NCBI GenBank assembly: GCA_030704615.1
Contig: CM060731.1
Location: 48,856,001 to 48,920,000 of the forward strand
Reading direction: 5' to 3'
DNA: 64,000 nucleotides
Source of the DNA: Takakia lepidozioides
Taxonomy: Eukaryota; Plantae; Bryophyta
In this document: positions 11,601-23,491 of the stretch, piece after piece
Layout of the letters: every line of letters begins with the position of its first letter
Position numbering within the stretch: the first letter of the stretch is position 1
Notes under the pieces: generated by a model
What the model saw: the letters and a program-made list of their open reading frames with translations, nothing else
Told to the model about the DNA's origin: nothing
The model's database searches: none
Made by a program: the position numbers and the translations under genes

Positions 11601-13219
11601 AGTATTTTGCCACGCAGCCCAAGTTGTCCCCAAAACAACTTAGGTGGCAAGATACTTTGGCAGTGTTCGACGTGGATATCCAGTACAAACCGGGACGGGA
11701 CAATGTGGTGGCCGATGCTTTAAGTAGAAAGCAGCAGCTCTTGTTGGTGTACAAGGGCGAGACGGCGCTCCAAAGGAAGATCCGGAAGGCTTGCCGGAAG
11801 GATGAGCTGGCAAAGTGCGTGATGCAGAACTTGAGAATGGGGGTTAAATCGCAGTTCCACTTGCAAAACGGACTGCTCCGGTATAAGCAAAAACGTCTCT
11901 ATGTGCCAAAGGGAGGGATCAGGGATAGTCTCTTGAGAGAATGCCATGATAGCCCGCTTGCGGGCCACGGTGGAGCCAAGCGCACTGCGGCACTCTTGAA
12001 GAAAGAGTATTTCTGGCCCAAACTGAGGGAGGAGGCAGAGGAGTATGTAAAGACATGCACCACATGCCAACAAAACCGGAGCGAGTATAAAAAGCAAGCG
12101 GGGCTGTTACAACCCTTGCCGATTCCAGAGGGGACTTGGGAAAGCGTCTCGATGGATTTCATGACTGCTATGCCGCTGTCAAAAGGATTCGATGCAATCA
12201 TGGTGGTGGTAGATAGGTTCAGTAAAATGGCCCATTTCATCCCCACCAAGGAGACGGCAACTGCGCAGGAGACAGGGCGACTTTACTTCGCCCACGTCTT
12301 AAAGCATCATGGAGTCCCGAAGGATATTGTCTCGGACCGCGACCCAAAGTTTACGAGTAAATTCTGGAGAGCACTTTGGAAGAAGATGGGGACGAGGCTG
12401 AAGATGAGCACCGCCTTCCGACCTACGACGGACGGCCAAACGGAAAGAGTGAATTCCGTAGTGAAGCAATTCTTGCGGAATTACGTGTCGGCAGACCAAT
12501 CAGACTGGATGGAACACTTAGACGCGGCAGAGTTCTGTTATAATAACACAGAACACTCCGCGACGGGAGTTTCCCCTTTTGTGTTGGTCTATGGAAAAGC
12601 ACCTCTGGTGCCGACAAGTTGGGCCGCCCAGGACGTTGAGGAACCGGCAGTAGCGGCGGTACTGGAAGAACGCGAGCGTTTGTTGAAGCTCGCAAAGTAC
12701 AACATTGCCAAAGCTAGGAAACGGTATGAAAGGCAGGCGAATCGGAAGCGGAGGGAAGTGAAGTTTGAGGCAGGCACAGAGGTCTGGTTGAACATCAAGA
12801 ATTTTCGACTACCTCCGGAAATGAGTCCGAAGTTCGTACCTCCGTATGCGGGTCCCTTTCGCATTCGGAGGGTTATGAATGAGGATGTGTATGAATTGGA
12901 GCTGCCAGCAAACAGCAAGGTGCACCCAGTATTCCATGTCTCCCTTTTGAAGCCTTACTTCAAAGATGAAGCACGTCCGAATCGGCAGCAAGTGTTGCGT
13001 CCGCCACCTATGCTGTTGGATCATGAAAATGAACCCGAGTACGAGGTGGAGGCAATACTTAAGTCGAGGAGGTTCAAGAACCGAGAAACGGAGTATCTCG
13101 TCAAATGGAAGGGCTATCATCTTGTGGAGGCATCTTGGGTGCGTGCCTCAGAAATGGGAAACGCATCCGAGGCAGTTGCAGCGTTCGAAGGGCGACCTCA
13201 AAAGCGGAAGAAGCGTTGA
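8657..13219 (+). CDS. Gag-Pol polyprotein (gag, CCHC, protease, RT, RNase H, integrase, chromodomain)
   Basis: [14 protein letters not shown]; LVDTGASH; YIDDIL; TDASD; integrase H-H-C-C then SMDF/SDRD/GQTER; GPF module; [19 protein letters not shown]. First in-frame ATG after the PBS is at 8657. Confidence 0.97.
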   Translation: MGSGKPKRKRNGPKDDDPGEPDGGDVSPRRPFEEAINVSENEAAQEREESEESEPEESLRAPTNQEMPPMPAAFWEGLLAQFGGTLKDVLKAANATSTKAKFKVKPKEPGTFEGVRNRKALNTWLLELEQYFRAAKLSDEDRVEVAPTYLRGYAQQWWQKRLHDRGPSPETLNWSEFKELMKRQFVPLNASWLARDKMRNLKQTDDIRGYVQAFNVLLLEVADMAEPEMVFNFVAGLAPWARRKLEEKPPKTLNEAIERAECFSDVPRGERQGRTELNHKKTRREGDSSRPEKKWDRPRGENGTWKSKGGPSHVKAAPGASKGKAGGATYGGQKATFDGVCFNCGEPGHMAKKCTKPRQLNMTRATTELSEDTISRLVEAVVARTCKVGKFSCELYQETGALRKGSQLLFVDGIISGTNVSLLVDTGASHSFMTPAAARKLGLPTSDVGASIEVRSAKGEPQLATRLAFDVPLQLGSWEGRENFTICEIDGVDLILGMTFLSKSGAVIDGRKRVVTLPCGNGGEVLRVSETPKSVGGRINLLSAKEWAVEETHESQFLLYIREVKGEGDGEPSPDWIKGILEKYQDVMPEDLPSGLPPRRGVDHKIEVIPGSEPPAKAPYRLSHKELVELKTQLKDLMSKGYIRPSKSPYGAPVLFADKKDGTLRMCVDYRALNKVTIKNRYPLPRIDDLFDRLAGAKYFSRIDLRSGYHQIRVAEGDEEKTACRTRYGSYEFLVMPFGLTNAPATFSTLMNSLFQEWLDDFVIVYIDDILVYSKTKEEHLEHLKRVFQKLREGKLYAKASKCEFGVTKVEFLGHVITQDGIKMDDRKVRAILDWEPPTSVPGVRSFLGLASYYRKYVRNFAKIAGPLSDLLCKSKVWVWNTFCGQAFAELKQRMTEAPVLKIPEFDRPFEIHTDASDFAIGGVLMQDGRPVAYESKKLNEVERRWPTHEKEMKAVVHCLELWRHYVGSNPVKVFTDNVTVKYFATQPKLSPKQLRWQDTLAVFDVDIQYKPGRDNVVADALSRKQQLLLVYKGETALQRKIRKACRKDELAKCVMQNLRMGVKSQFHLQNGLLRYKQKRLYVPKGGIRDSLLRECHDSPLAGHGGAKRTAALLKKEYFWPKLREEAEEYVKTCTTCQQNRSEYKKQAGLLQPLPIPEGTWESVSMDFMTAMPLSKGFDAIMVVVDRFSKMAHFIPTKETATAQETGRLYFAHVLKHHGVPKDIVSDRDPKFTSKFWRALWKKMGTRLKMSTAFRPTTDGQTERVNSVVKQFLRNYVSADQSDWMEHLDAAEFCYNNTEHSATGVSPFVLVYGKAPLVPTSWAAQDVEEPAVAAVLEERERLLKLAKYNIAKARKRYERQANRKRREVKFEAGTEVWLNIKNFRLPPEMSPKFVPPYAGPFRIRRVMNEDVYELELPANSKVHPVFHVSLLKPYFKDEARPNRQQVLRPPPMLLDHENEPEYEVEAILKSRRFKNRETEYLVKWKGYHLVEASWVRASEMGNASEAVAAFEGRPQKRKKR

Positions 13220-14125
13220 TGGGGACATCAACCTTGGAGCGTGGGGGAGGAAATGCATGCTTAGCCCGGTTTAGCTAGCTCAGGAATCCGATTGCAAAAA
13301 CTTGTATTGTACAAAAATTTGTGATAAAGGAAATGGGTTCCAAATATTGTGCGTCCTATTGTGTTTGGAATGGTGATGCATGGTGTGGTTGGCTGGTGTG
13401 TAGAATGCATGCTAGCTTACAAAAGTGGGAGAGGTAAATTGGGTTAATCGTGTGTTTGCGCAGTGCCGAAATCGGGTGACTCCCATCCAAGGGGCAAGGA
13501 AACTTGCGCCTTATTTGGGAGTTCAAGTGCTAGTGCGCACCTGGCGCGTGCGCGTACTATAACTGCGCTACCGAGGGGGTTGCCTTGTAGTGCGGGCTAA
13601 CGCGGAAGCTACGTGCTTCCGTTCACGTACTATAATCGTGTAGCCTCGGGACGAAGTCGTAGTGCGGCTTCGGCGTGTTCCCGTACCTCAGGCCAGCATT
13701 CCAAGGCGGACCCAATTGTAGTGATTGGGGCGCACGGTTGGTTCAAGGTTATCTTCCTAGTCAAAGAGGGTTCCAGGTGAACCCTTGCTCAAGGTGATGC
13801 CAAAAGCGGCATCATGAGCGATCGCAAGCAATGTTGTTGCAGTAAGGCGATTCGATCCTCGGGGAGGATCGTTCCTTGGCCTTGAAGTAGGCCAAGAAGA
13901 GTGCACTGGGAGGAGCTGGAGAGGCTCCACCCTTGGCCGGGACTTGGAGGAAGTCGGCCGAACTAGCTAGTGGAGAGTGGAGTCAAGTGTGGGGTTTGGT
14001 TCTTTGCCATGGGACGCCATGGTACGGAAACAAACTCCTTGATGTGGGACGCCACAACTTGGATGTTCGTTTCTACAAAATGGACAAGTCGATGAGGACA
14101 TCGACTCCCTGTTGGTAGGGGTGTG

Positions 14126-14849
14126 TGTCGCGGCCCTTTGCCTTGAGGGCAGGGGGTCGGGACACATGAGGGGCTGCCCCTGTGGTGGGGGCAGCGGCAG
14201 CGATAGGTATGGGGGGCTGAAGCACCCTTGAGTGCCCAAGGCACTCAAGGAGGCGGAGGCGCTCACTAGGTGGAGCCCCGCACACCGGGTTGCGGTGGAG
14301 GTGGCTCCACAAGGGGTGGTGGTAGCTTAGTGGGACTTAGTGGGGGTGGCATAGGACTCACCATGGGGTGGAGACCTCGAGGTGGGAGTCGTGGGGAGTC
14401 TTGGGACTCATCACGGTCCATTGGGGCCGCGGTGAGTGGGCCAAGACTCACCGCGACTCACCACCGGGAGTCGAGGGTTTTCGTGGTGGTTCGCCATAAA
14501 ATGGCATGGCTGGTTATGAAACCCCCGCGGACAGCTACAGAAGTATATATAGGGAGTAGTAACCCCGAGAACGGTGCAAGCCCGTTGGTGACCAAAAACT
14601 AGTGAGTAAGCGAGCGAGCCGGAAAGCGACCAAAGAGTGGGGAGCTGTTCCGGACTGCCATCTACCAAAGGGAATTCTCCTAGTCCCAAATAGGTGGAGG
14701 GTTTAGAGGGAAGCGGAAGGGGACCGTTATGTCCCGGTGAGCAGCCGAAACTCCAAGTTGGCCCGGCGGCCAGGTTGGGAGTCAGGCGCGCGCATCAAAG
14801 CGAGTAACTATGACTTGAAGGGGAGTTTACCGAACTGAGGTGTGCGTCA
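14126..14849 (+). repeat. 3' LTR (724 bp)
   Basis: Preceded by a G-rich PPT (GGTAGGGGTGTG, 14114-14125) and followed by TSD CTCAG. Confidence 0.97.
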
Positions 14850-14854
14850 CTCAG

Positions 14855-16728
14855 ATTTCTTTCTAAGTTGGAAGCAGTGCGCCTCAAGTCCCAGGAGCTA
14901 TCTAGGGCAATTGCTTTCGCCAACTCTCAGAGAGAAAAATCCCTGCTTAAATGCCTGCATCTTTGTCAGCAACTCATCGAGAACAAAGACAAGGGCCCTT
15001 GCACCATGATGAACTATATGATTGCCAAAGATTAGTTTTAGACAAGAAAAGGAAAATGCCTTGAGATTAAAAGCAGGGGTGAACTGGTCTCTTAAGGGAG
15101 AAAAGATGTCTCATTATTTCTTTGTCAAGGCCAAGCAAAGAAGGATGGCCTCCTCCATTGCATCCCTCAATACTCCAGATGGGACTCCTTGCTCCTCCCA
15201 AAAGAAATGGCGGGCATTGCATCTATGATAAGGAGAAAGAAAGCCTGGATGCTCCCCTCACTGATATAGAGTTGGGGGAAGCCTTGCAATCCCTCAAAGC
15301 AGGAAAAATGCCAAGGCTGGATGGATTGCCTATAGAACTCTTTAGAGCTCTCTGGTCCTCTATGTTGGATGACTTTGTAGCCATGGCAAAGGACATCCTC
15401 GCTAAAGGTATAATGCCTTCCCAGATCTCGGAAGGTCTTATAACTTTAATCTTTAAGAAGGGAGATAGGAATGACTATCGGCCCATCACTTTGCTCAATA
15501 CCACATACAAAATAATTGCCAAAGCTCTGGCAATGAGACTCCAGCCCATTCTCTCCCGGATAATCAGACCGGAGCAGATTGGATTTCTCAAAAGCAGAAT
15601 GATTCTAGATAACTTGGTTCTTATCAATGAGGCCATTCATGAAGCTAAGAGATCAGAGCAGCCCTTGGCCATCCTTATGCTGGACTTTGAAAAGGCCTTC
15701 GACAATATAGATTGGAATTTCTTGCACAAAGTTATGGTTAAGATGGGCCTGCCAGATTCTTTCTCTAGATGCGTGAAGTTACTTCTAAGCTCAGCTTCAA
15801 GTAAAGTAACAATTAATGGCACCATCTCAGGAGCCTTTGTCCTCTACAGATCGGTAAGGCAAGGTTGCCCATTGGCACCATACCTCTTTCTAATAGCTGC
15901 TAATGCTCTTGGGCACTACCTAGCTACCAGGCAGGATATAGAAGGTTTGAAATCTGCGCATGGCCCTTCTATCAAGTTGTCTATGTATGCAGACGAGACT
16001 GGAGCTCTTGCTTAACAATGAAGATGTCTCCAACATCGCTAGAGCTTGGCAAGCCTTGCATCAGTTCTGCTCTGCTTCGGGATTGAAAGTGAACTGGAAC
16101 AAATCGGTGGGACTCCTCACGGAGACTCTTCCAAATGCTTCTAGGCAACACTGCCCGTCTTGGGGACATGACCTGGGTCCCAAATGGCTATCGCCAGGTA
16201 TGTCACATACTATTTTAGGCCTTCAGGTGGGCATTGGATTCACAGAGGAACAAAGGTTTGACCCAATCCTTCAGAAGCTTCGTAATAAGCTAGCCTTTTG
16301 GAGCTCGGCCATGCTCTCTTTGGCTGGAAGAGCTCTGGTCTTGAATCAAGTCTTTTTAGCCTCTATATGGTTTTCCGCATCTGTGTGGTCTCCAGGATCA
16401 AAGCTAGTAGACAAAATCAAAGCTATAATGCGTAATTTCTTATATGGTGCCACACCTCAATCCCCCACCAGAAGAGCTTTGGTCTCATGGACGCAACTAT
16501 GCAGACCCAAAAAAGAAGGCGGGCTAGGGCTAATTGATCCATCATGGCAAATTACCGCTCTCCTAGCCAAATGGATTCCCAGAACCTTGCAGCTAGGAAC
16601 CAGTCTTTGGTGCAACTTGGTAAGATTGCATTTAGTGAACTCCACGCCTCGGAATTCCAGCTCCTGGGCTCCTTCATTAAGATGGCTAGTCCACGGATCA
16701 GCCAAATCTGTTAGAATTGAGCAAGAAC
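14855..16728 (+). mobile_element. LINE ORF2 segment 2: reverse transcriptase (frameshifted)
   Basis: YRPITLLN, LDFEKAFD, VRQGCPLAPYLF, YADET, LSLAGRALVL and PKKEGGLG motifs. Confidence 0.93.
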
Positions 16729-18735
16729 CACTACAGGAAAAAGGGGGGGGGGGGGGGGGGTTTCAATGCTGCGGCGTCGTAAAACAGTCTTTTTCGGGCG
16801 GGAAAAAAACCAAATTTGCGACGTCCGGGTGTCGCAAGCCCGTCGCCAAAAAAACGTCGCAAATTTGTGACCAATGGGGGTCGCAAATATGCGAAACCGC
16901 GATTTGCGACGCCCGGGCGTTGAAAAAAAAAAAAAAAAAAAAAAAACCTATTCTACAATGCAGAATTAGCACCGTCCGGGGGTCGCAAAGTGCGACGCCC
17001 GGACGTCACAATTTAAGGGGGTACATTTGAATTTAGGCGGGAAAATTTGAATTTGAAATTTGAATTTCAAAAACTTGTTGACCATTGACTCCTGTTCTAT
17101 CTAATGGCGATATGTTCATTGTTCTACATATATCATGCAACGCAAACTTGAACCTAAGACCTCCACGTTATAACATTTCTAAGTCACTACAAACTAACCA
17201 ACACACCTACGCTACATCTATGTATCACAAAAGCAATCTAAATTTATATACTAGGGCTTCGCGTTGCTCTGCATTACTAGCGACGAATTCTGAGAACTAT
17301 GTTCAATTTTCACAAAAAAATGTGGGTCATCTCCATTGTTTGATTCATTTACCTCTATCTTTGCCCAAGAAGTGAGGAGGAGTTGAACCCCCTTTTCTCT
17401 ATTTTTTCCCTTCGTTTAGCATTTGTTTTGTCTAGATCAGAGTCGATTGTTTATATCTTTTCTCATCATTTAATTTCTCATTTTAGTTTTATTGTCTTGA
17501 TTAAAAATGATTGTCTTGATAAAAAATGATCGTCTCGATAAAAAATTGTCTTTGATATTGATATTTGTTTTCAATGTTTTAAGTTTACAGTTTGTTTAAA
17601 GATTTACCAAACCACGGTTTTGTATTTTCTACGTGTAAAACATGTCTTGGCAGGATCTCTTCATTACTGAATGCTTAAACTTCTCACATTCATGTTCATT
17701 TCCAAGTATAGTGCTTATAATTCTCCTCAAGTGAAGCCGCGGTTTGGCTCTTCAGACAGCTTCAAACTGGGTAATTGGAAGTCGAGATTCATAAGTGTCA
17801 AGTTTACAAGGGACTATTTATTGTTGATTACATCCTAGAGGCTTCCATGTTTTGAGAGGGAGGGGCTCAAAAAGAGTTTTCTCAAGGGACTACAACTCTC
17901 TAGAGCCTTTTTGCCTAAATACACTGCAAGAACATCTTTTAATTAATGCGAACTTCTCACATTCCAGAATTTCTTTGAATGCCATTGCCACCATAAGTCT
18001 GAAAAGTCTGCGAAAAGATCACACCCAGGAGGGCCCATACATCCAATAATATAATACTCTCCTCTAGTGTGTGTCTCGATCTTTGAAAACCAGTTGTGTT
18101 CATGAGAAGATATGATGTGAAGAGGCAAAGGTGGAACCCCTAAGCCAGACAATGATCAGCACAAAGTGCCAAGATATACATTGCTTGCTCACCCATCTGC
18201 CCCTGCTTCCGCCATACATATCAATCTATATCTGGTTAAGGAAGTCAACATGTCATTGGATGAAAACTAGGGCATATTACTTCACAACCCAGACTCCAGC
18301 TTTTTGTCATGGTCCCCTCCTCCACCCAGACCACTGAATCTGATGGTCTTGACAATATTCAATCAATTCATCCCCACTTGTAAAGGACCATTGTACACTT
18401 AGAATGATTGCATTCATCAACAGATAAAAAATCTTAAGCCTTTGTACAAAGTAGCTAGAGGGTTTGATCAGAGGCGCGTAATCCTATATCTCAACCTCCC
18501 TTCCTCAATAGAGACAAAGGAACTAAAGTATGATGCCAAAATGTACCTACAAGGCAAAACGACTTGTGGCCGAGATGAGAGTGACCAGTGACACCACTGT
18601 AGCCCCATAATATTCCTTGATCAATTGCTGGAGTGCCATTGACCTCTGTGTCCTGTTGCCCACCACGGATCCCTGAACCATGTGGCATCCCCAATGTCCA
18701 TATCCAATTTTAAATACACTTGTGTAGCATTTTCC

Positions 18736-20808
18736 TCAAGAGCTTTGACAACATAGTTTACATGACCATTCATTCAGCCATCTGCACATTGCCATGGATT
18801 CTGCAGGCACAAGCAAAGCCTTCCACACCACACCATCTGGATTGATTGGCATTTTATTAATTAGGTCCATTGCCTCATCCAGTTGTCCCACACGTCCAAG
18901 AAGGTCCACCATGCAGCCAAAGTGCTTTATTGTCGGAGTGACACCATGATGTTCACTCATGGAATCGAAGTAGCATCTTCCTTCATTCAGTAGGTCAGTG
19001 TGGCTGCAGGCAGAGAGAACACATATAAAGGTGATACTGTCCGACTTCAAGCCTTTCTTTTGCATTCCTTCAAATAGTTGTAGGACCTCCCTATGACAAC
19101 CATGTTGGGCATATCCTGCGATCATCGCATTCCACGACACCACATTTCATTCAGCCATATTGTCAAATATTCCCTTTGCATCCTCATTGCAGTCACATTT
19201 CGCATACAAGTGAACCAGGGCAATGTCCAGAATGACATTTGGTACAATTCCAACTTTGATGATGTCACCATGAACCTCTTTGCCCTTTTCCAGGGCTGCC
19301 AGGCTTGCACACGCATTGCAAATGCACACAAACGTGATGTGGTCAGGCTTCACCCCTTCCCCCAGGCCTCCATCCCGCACCCCTGCTGTGCATATCCTAC
19401 AAGCATGGCGTTCCATGACACCAAATCTCGTTCAACCATATTGTTGAACACTCCCTCCACATCCTCGATGTTCCCACATTTGGCATACATGTCTACGAGG
19501 GTATTGTTCATAATCACATCTGGTACAATTCCAGCTTTGGCGATGCAACCATGCACCTCTTTGCCCTTTTCCAGGGCTGCCAGGCTTGCACACGCATTGC
19601 AAACACAAACAAATCTGATGTGGTTGGGCTTCACCCCTTCCCCATCATTTGCTCATAGGTCTCCAAGGCCTCCATCCCGCGCCCCTGCTATGCATATCTT
19701 GCAAGCATGGCGTTCCATGATACCACGTCTCGTTCGGCCATATTGTTGAACACTCCCTCCGCATCCTCCATGCTCCAACATCTGGCATACATGTCAACGA
19801 TGGTATTGTTCAAAATCACATCTGGTACAATTCCAGCTTTGGCAATGCAACCATGCACCTCTTTGCCCTTTTCCAGGGCTGCCAGGCTTGCACACAAACG
19901 TTATGTGGTCGGGCTTCACCCCTTCCCCCATCATTTGCTAATAGGTCTCCAAAGCCTCCATCTTGCGCCCCTACTGTGCATAACCTGCAAGCATTGCGTT
20001 CCATGACACCACGTGTTGAACACTCCTTTCGCATCCTCAATGCTCCCACATTTGGCATATATGTCCACCAGAGCAGTGTTTAGGATGACATCTGGTACAA
20101 TTGCAGATTTGATGATGTCACCATGGATCTCTTTGCCCTTTTCCAGGGCTGCCAGGCTCGCACACGCATTGCAAACGCATACAAACGTTATGTGGTCAGG
20201 CTTCACCCCTTCCCCCATCATTTGCTCATAGGTCTCCAAAGCCTCTATCCCTCCATCCCACGCCCCTGCTGTGCATACCCTGTAAGCATCGCACTCCACG
20301 ACACCACATCTCGTTCAGCCATAGTATTGAACACTCTCTTGGCATCCAAAGATTGAAAGATTGTAGATATTGGGAAGTAGCTAGTTTTGTTTTGCAGTAG
20401 CCTGAAGTCTGCTTTTGGATGTATATCTTGGACTCGGTGTTCAGTGATGTTTTGGTGCCTCTTGTCCTGCATTTTGACTCCAGCCGAAGATGAAAACTGA
20501 GCGTAGACATAGCCAGGACTAGACTTGAAGGAACAAAATCAGAGTTTAGATTAAATTGGAAAGCACTACTAAAGGACCCAGTAAGTAGACCACTTCTTGC
20601 ATGCTTGAGCTCCAGCAACTGGATCAACCGCACGATCTGTAGTTGCCGCTCCGCTGAGCACTTGCTCTTATATAAATTTAGGCAACTTCGATTCCTTTGC
20701 ATGATCTCTGTCACATTGGCGAGAGATGTCAGGGGTCCCTGAGAATGGATGCCGTCTACATTTGGCATACATGTCCACCAAGGCAGTGTTCATAATGACA
20801 TCTGGTAA
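18736..20808 (-). pseudogene. Fragmented PLS-class PPR gene cargo (P/L/S, P2-L2-S2, E1)
   Basis: Repeated VVSWNAM, HITFVCVCNACASL and NTALVDMYAKCG motifs, ending HFGCMVDLLGR..PDGVVWKALL. Many frameshifts and internal duplications. Confidence 0.9.
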
Positions 20809-20824
20809 TCTGACAGGCATTCAC

Positions 20825-22810
20825 CTTTTTGCCTCGGTTGTCCAACCATTGACTGGGGTCAGAAAAGTATTCATTCCACAGCTTCTCCTCGTCTGAGTTA
20901 CCTATTTCTGGATACTTTCCTGTTGTCACATTGACAGTATAATGTCAAAGTCACTCCAAACTAGATTCACTCAACCAGCTAATTTGCAGAATTCAACATG
21001 GAAATGTAGGGCCGGTTCTGATAAGAGGGAAAAACAGGGTGAAATGTGTTGAAGAAGGTGCCTTCATTAGCAGTGCCTGATTTTGTCAATTGTGGCGCTA
21101 CTGCTGCGGCTTCCAGTTGATCATCTACCCATGCAAGTTTCTTGTAGCTATTGATCCACATGGAATCAAAAGGTAATCTTGTGCTTGAAATATGGCCTTC
21201 TTGGATGAATCTGGACCCACACTCTATCCTTGCTCCTTCAGCTATCCATGCCTCTGCACAAATCATACATACATCCTTGCCTTGCTGCTAACAGCTGACA
21301 ATGATAGCCTAGATTTGTTAGGAAACACCCAACTCAACTTATCACACCAGTTCCTATGCTCAATTGCATCTGCTACTCTTTGTAATCCAACAGACATTCA
21401 CCTTTTTGCCTCGGTTGTCCCACCATTGACGGGGGTCAGAAAAATATTCATTCCACAACTTCTCTTTAGGAAACACCCAGCTCAACTTATCACATCAGTT
21501 CCTATGCTCAATTGCATCTGCTACTCTGTAATCCAACAGGCATTCACCTTTTTGCCTCGGTTGTCCCACCATTGACGAGGGTCAGAAAAGTATTCATTCC
21601 ACAGCTTCTCCTCATCTCTGTCACCTGTTTTTCGATACATTCCTGTTGTCACATTGGCAGTATCATGTCAAAGCACTCCAAACTAGATTCACTCAACCAG
21701 CTAAGTTGCAGAATTCAACATGGAAATTTAGGGCAGATCTGATAAGAGGGGAAAACAGGGTAAATGTGTTGAAGAATGCCTTGATTTGCAGTGCCTGATT
21801 TTATCAATTGTGCCGTTGCTGCCGAGGCTTCCAGTTGAGCATCTACCCATGTAGGTTTCTTGTAGCTATCCTTCCACAGGAAATCATAGGTAATTGGAGC
21901 TTGAAATCTGGCCCTCTTGGATGAATCTAGACTCACACTCTATCCCTGCTCCTTCAGCTATCCTTGCCTCTACACAAATCATGCGTACATCCTTGCCTTG
22001 CTGCTATAATCTAACAATGACAGCCTAGAATTGTTCCAGCAAACACCCCAACCCTACTTTGACTCCAAACTATCAAAGATTCACTCAACCAGCTAACTTG
22101 CAGAATTCAACATAGAAATTTAGGGCAGATTCTGATAAGAGGGGAAAACAGGGTGAAATGTGTTGAAGAATGTCTTGATTAGCAGTGCCTGATTTTATCA
22201 ATTGTGTCGCTGCTGCTGCGGCTTCCAGTTGAGCATCTACCCATGCAAGTTTCTTGTAGCTATCTTTCCACAGGGAATCATAGGTAATTGGAGCTTGAAA
22301 TCCGGCCCTCTTGGATAAATCTGGACCCACACTCTATCCCTGCAGCTATCCATGCCTCTGCACAAATCATGCATACATCCTTGCCTTGCTGCTAGCAGAC
22401 GCATCCAACAAGCATTCACATTTTTGCCTCGATTGCTAAGACCAAGTTGAATCTCCCAAGAACCTTGTAAACGCGCTCAAGGACGCGGAAAATCTGAATT
22501 GCATCTGCTTCTCTCTGTAGTCCAACAGGCATTCACCTTTTTGTCTCCATTATCCCACCAATGACTGGGGTCGGAAAAGCGTTCATTCCAAAGCTTCTCC
22601 TCATCTTTCTCCTCATCTCTGTTATCTGTTTTTGGATACTTTCCTGCTGCCACAACGGCAGTAACTTGTCAGGGCCAAGTCTGATGAGAGGGCAAAACAG
22701 GCTGAAATAGGTCGAAGAAGAAGGTGCCCTCACCACATTGTCCTTGACCTTGTCTCATGACCCATGGAGGATTTGGCCACCATCAACCCAGAAGGACCTC
22801 TGTGTGTACT
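20825..22810 (-). pseudogene. Tandem array of intron-split OSB-type PDF motif exons
   Basis: Exon A (EEKLWNEYFSDPSQWWDNRGKK, GT donor) ends at 22537, 21548, 21402 and 20825. Exon B (AG acceptor, IHPRGPDFK.KIT.DS.W.DSYKKP.WVD.QLE) starts at 22320, 21926 and 21210. Spliced in phase 0 they give the WWDNR..K..P..PDFKHK....LW...P.WV consensus. Confidence 0.8.
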
Positions 22811-23491
22811 AAGAGCCCACATTTGCAGGTGTACTAAGAGCCCACATTTGCAGGATGGACAAACATCTTCACATCATACATTAAGAAAAGCCACACCTTG
22901 CGATTGCGGTTGTCCCACCATCGTGCAAATTCCAGCTCTAATGCGGTGTACTCAAAATCTGCAAATGTCTCCCTCCGCGCTCAAGCATCCCGTGCTGCAA
23001 GACGTCTCTTCCGGTTATTTTTGGGCATTTCGGGCAGGTTTCAAAGAAATTGACGACGACGATGACGTGTCTACGATGACATGGTGACGAAACATGGTGA
23101 TGATGACGTGGCACTATGGCACCCTATTCCTGCTCTACGCTAAACTAGCTTCCGACCTTCGGTCGTCGCTAGAATATACATATAAAGATTTCCTTCAAGT
23201 TCCTTCAAGTTCCTTCTAAGGGGGTCTCTCTTGTGACGCCGGGGAGTTGCAACCTCCACACTGTGGTGATGCTGTTGCGACGCCCTGACGTCGCAAAGGC
23301 GCTGGGGCGCCCTTAGTGACGCTTTTGCGACGCCAAGGCGTCGCAACGCCTAAATTTATTTTTTTATTTTTATTTTAATTTTTTTTGGATTTCCGACGCC
23401 GGGGCGTTGCAAGAAAAAAAATCCGCCGCAGCGAGGGCCATCTTTCCCCCTTCATGCAACTTTACCTGGGCGTCGTAATGGTGTCGCAGTG

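Larger units (their letters stand above)
7879..14849 (+). mobile_element. Intact Ty3/gypsy chromovirus, Galadriel-like
   Basis: TG..CA LTRs at 7879-8601 and 14126-14849. 5-bp TSD CTCAG (7874-7878 and 14850-14854). tRNA-iMet PBS, PPT and a single uninterrupted gag-pol ORF with a chromodomain. Confidence 0.97.
16729..23491. mobile_element. Non-autonomous gene-carrying CACTA-type element 1
   Basis: Left end CACTACAGGAAAA, right end ..GTGTCGCAGTG. Dense TGCGACGCC/CGTCGCAA subterminal repeats at both ends. Removing it restores the LINE frame (EQE-PSTF) with a 2-bp AC duplication. No transposase recognised. Confidence 0.8.

Noticed and set aside
8788-13120. Multiple antisense ORFs over gag-pol
   Set aside because: Shadow frames of a GC-rich coding strand, with no motifs.
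16729-17030. Poly-G/poly-K C-terminus of ORF 15960-17030
   Set aside because: Read-through from the LINE into the CACTA terminus; not a real domain.
17850-18730. Additional captured gene inside CACTA 1
   Set aside because: Only short frames with no recognisable motif; a call cannot be supported.
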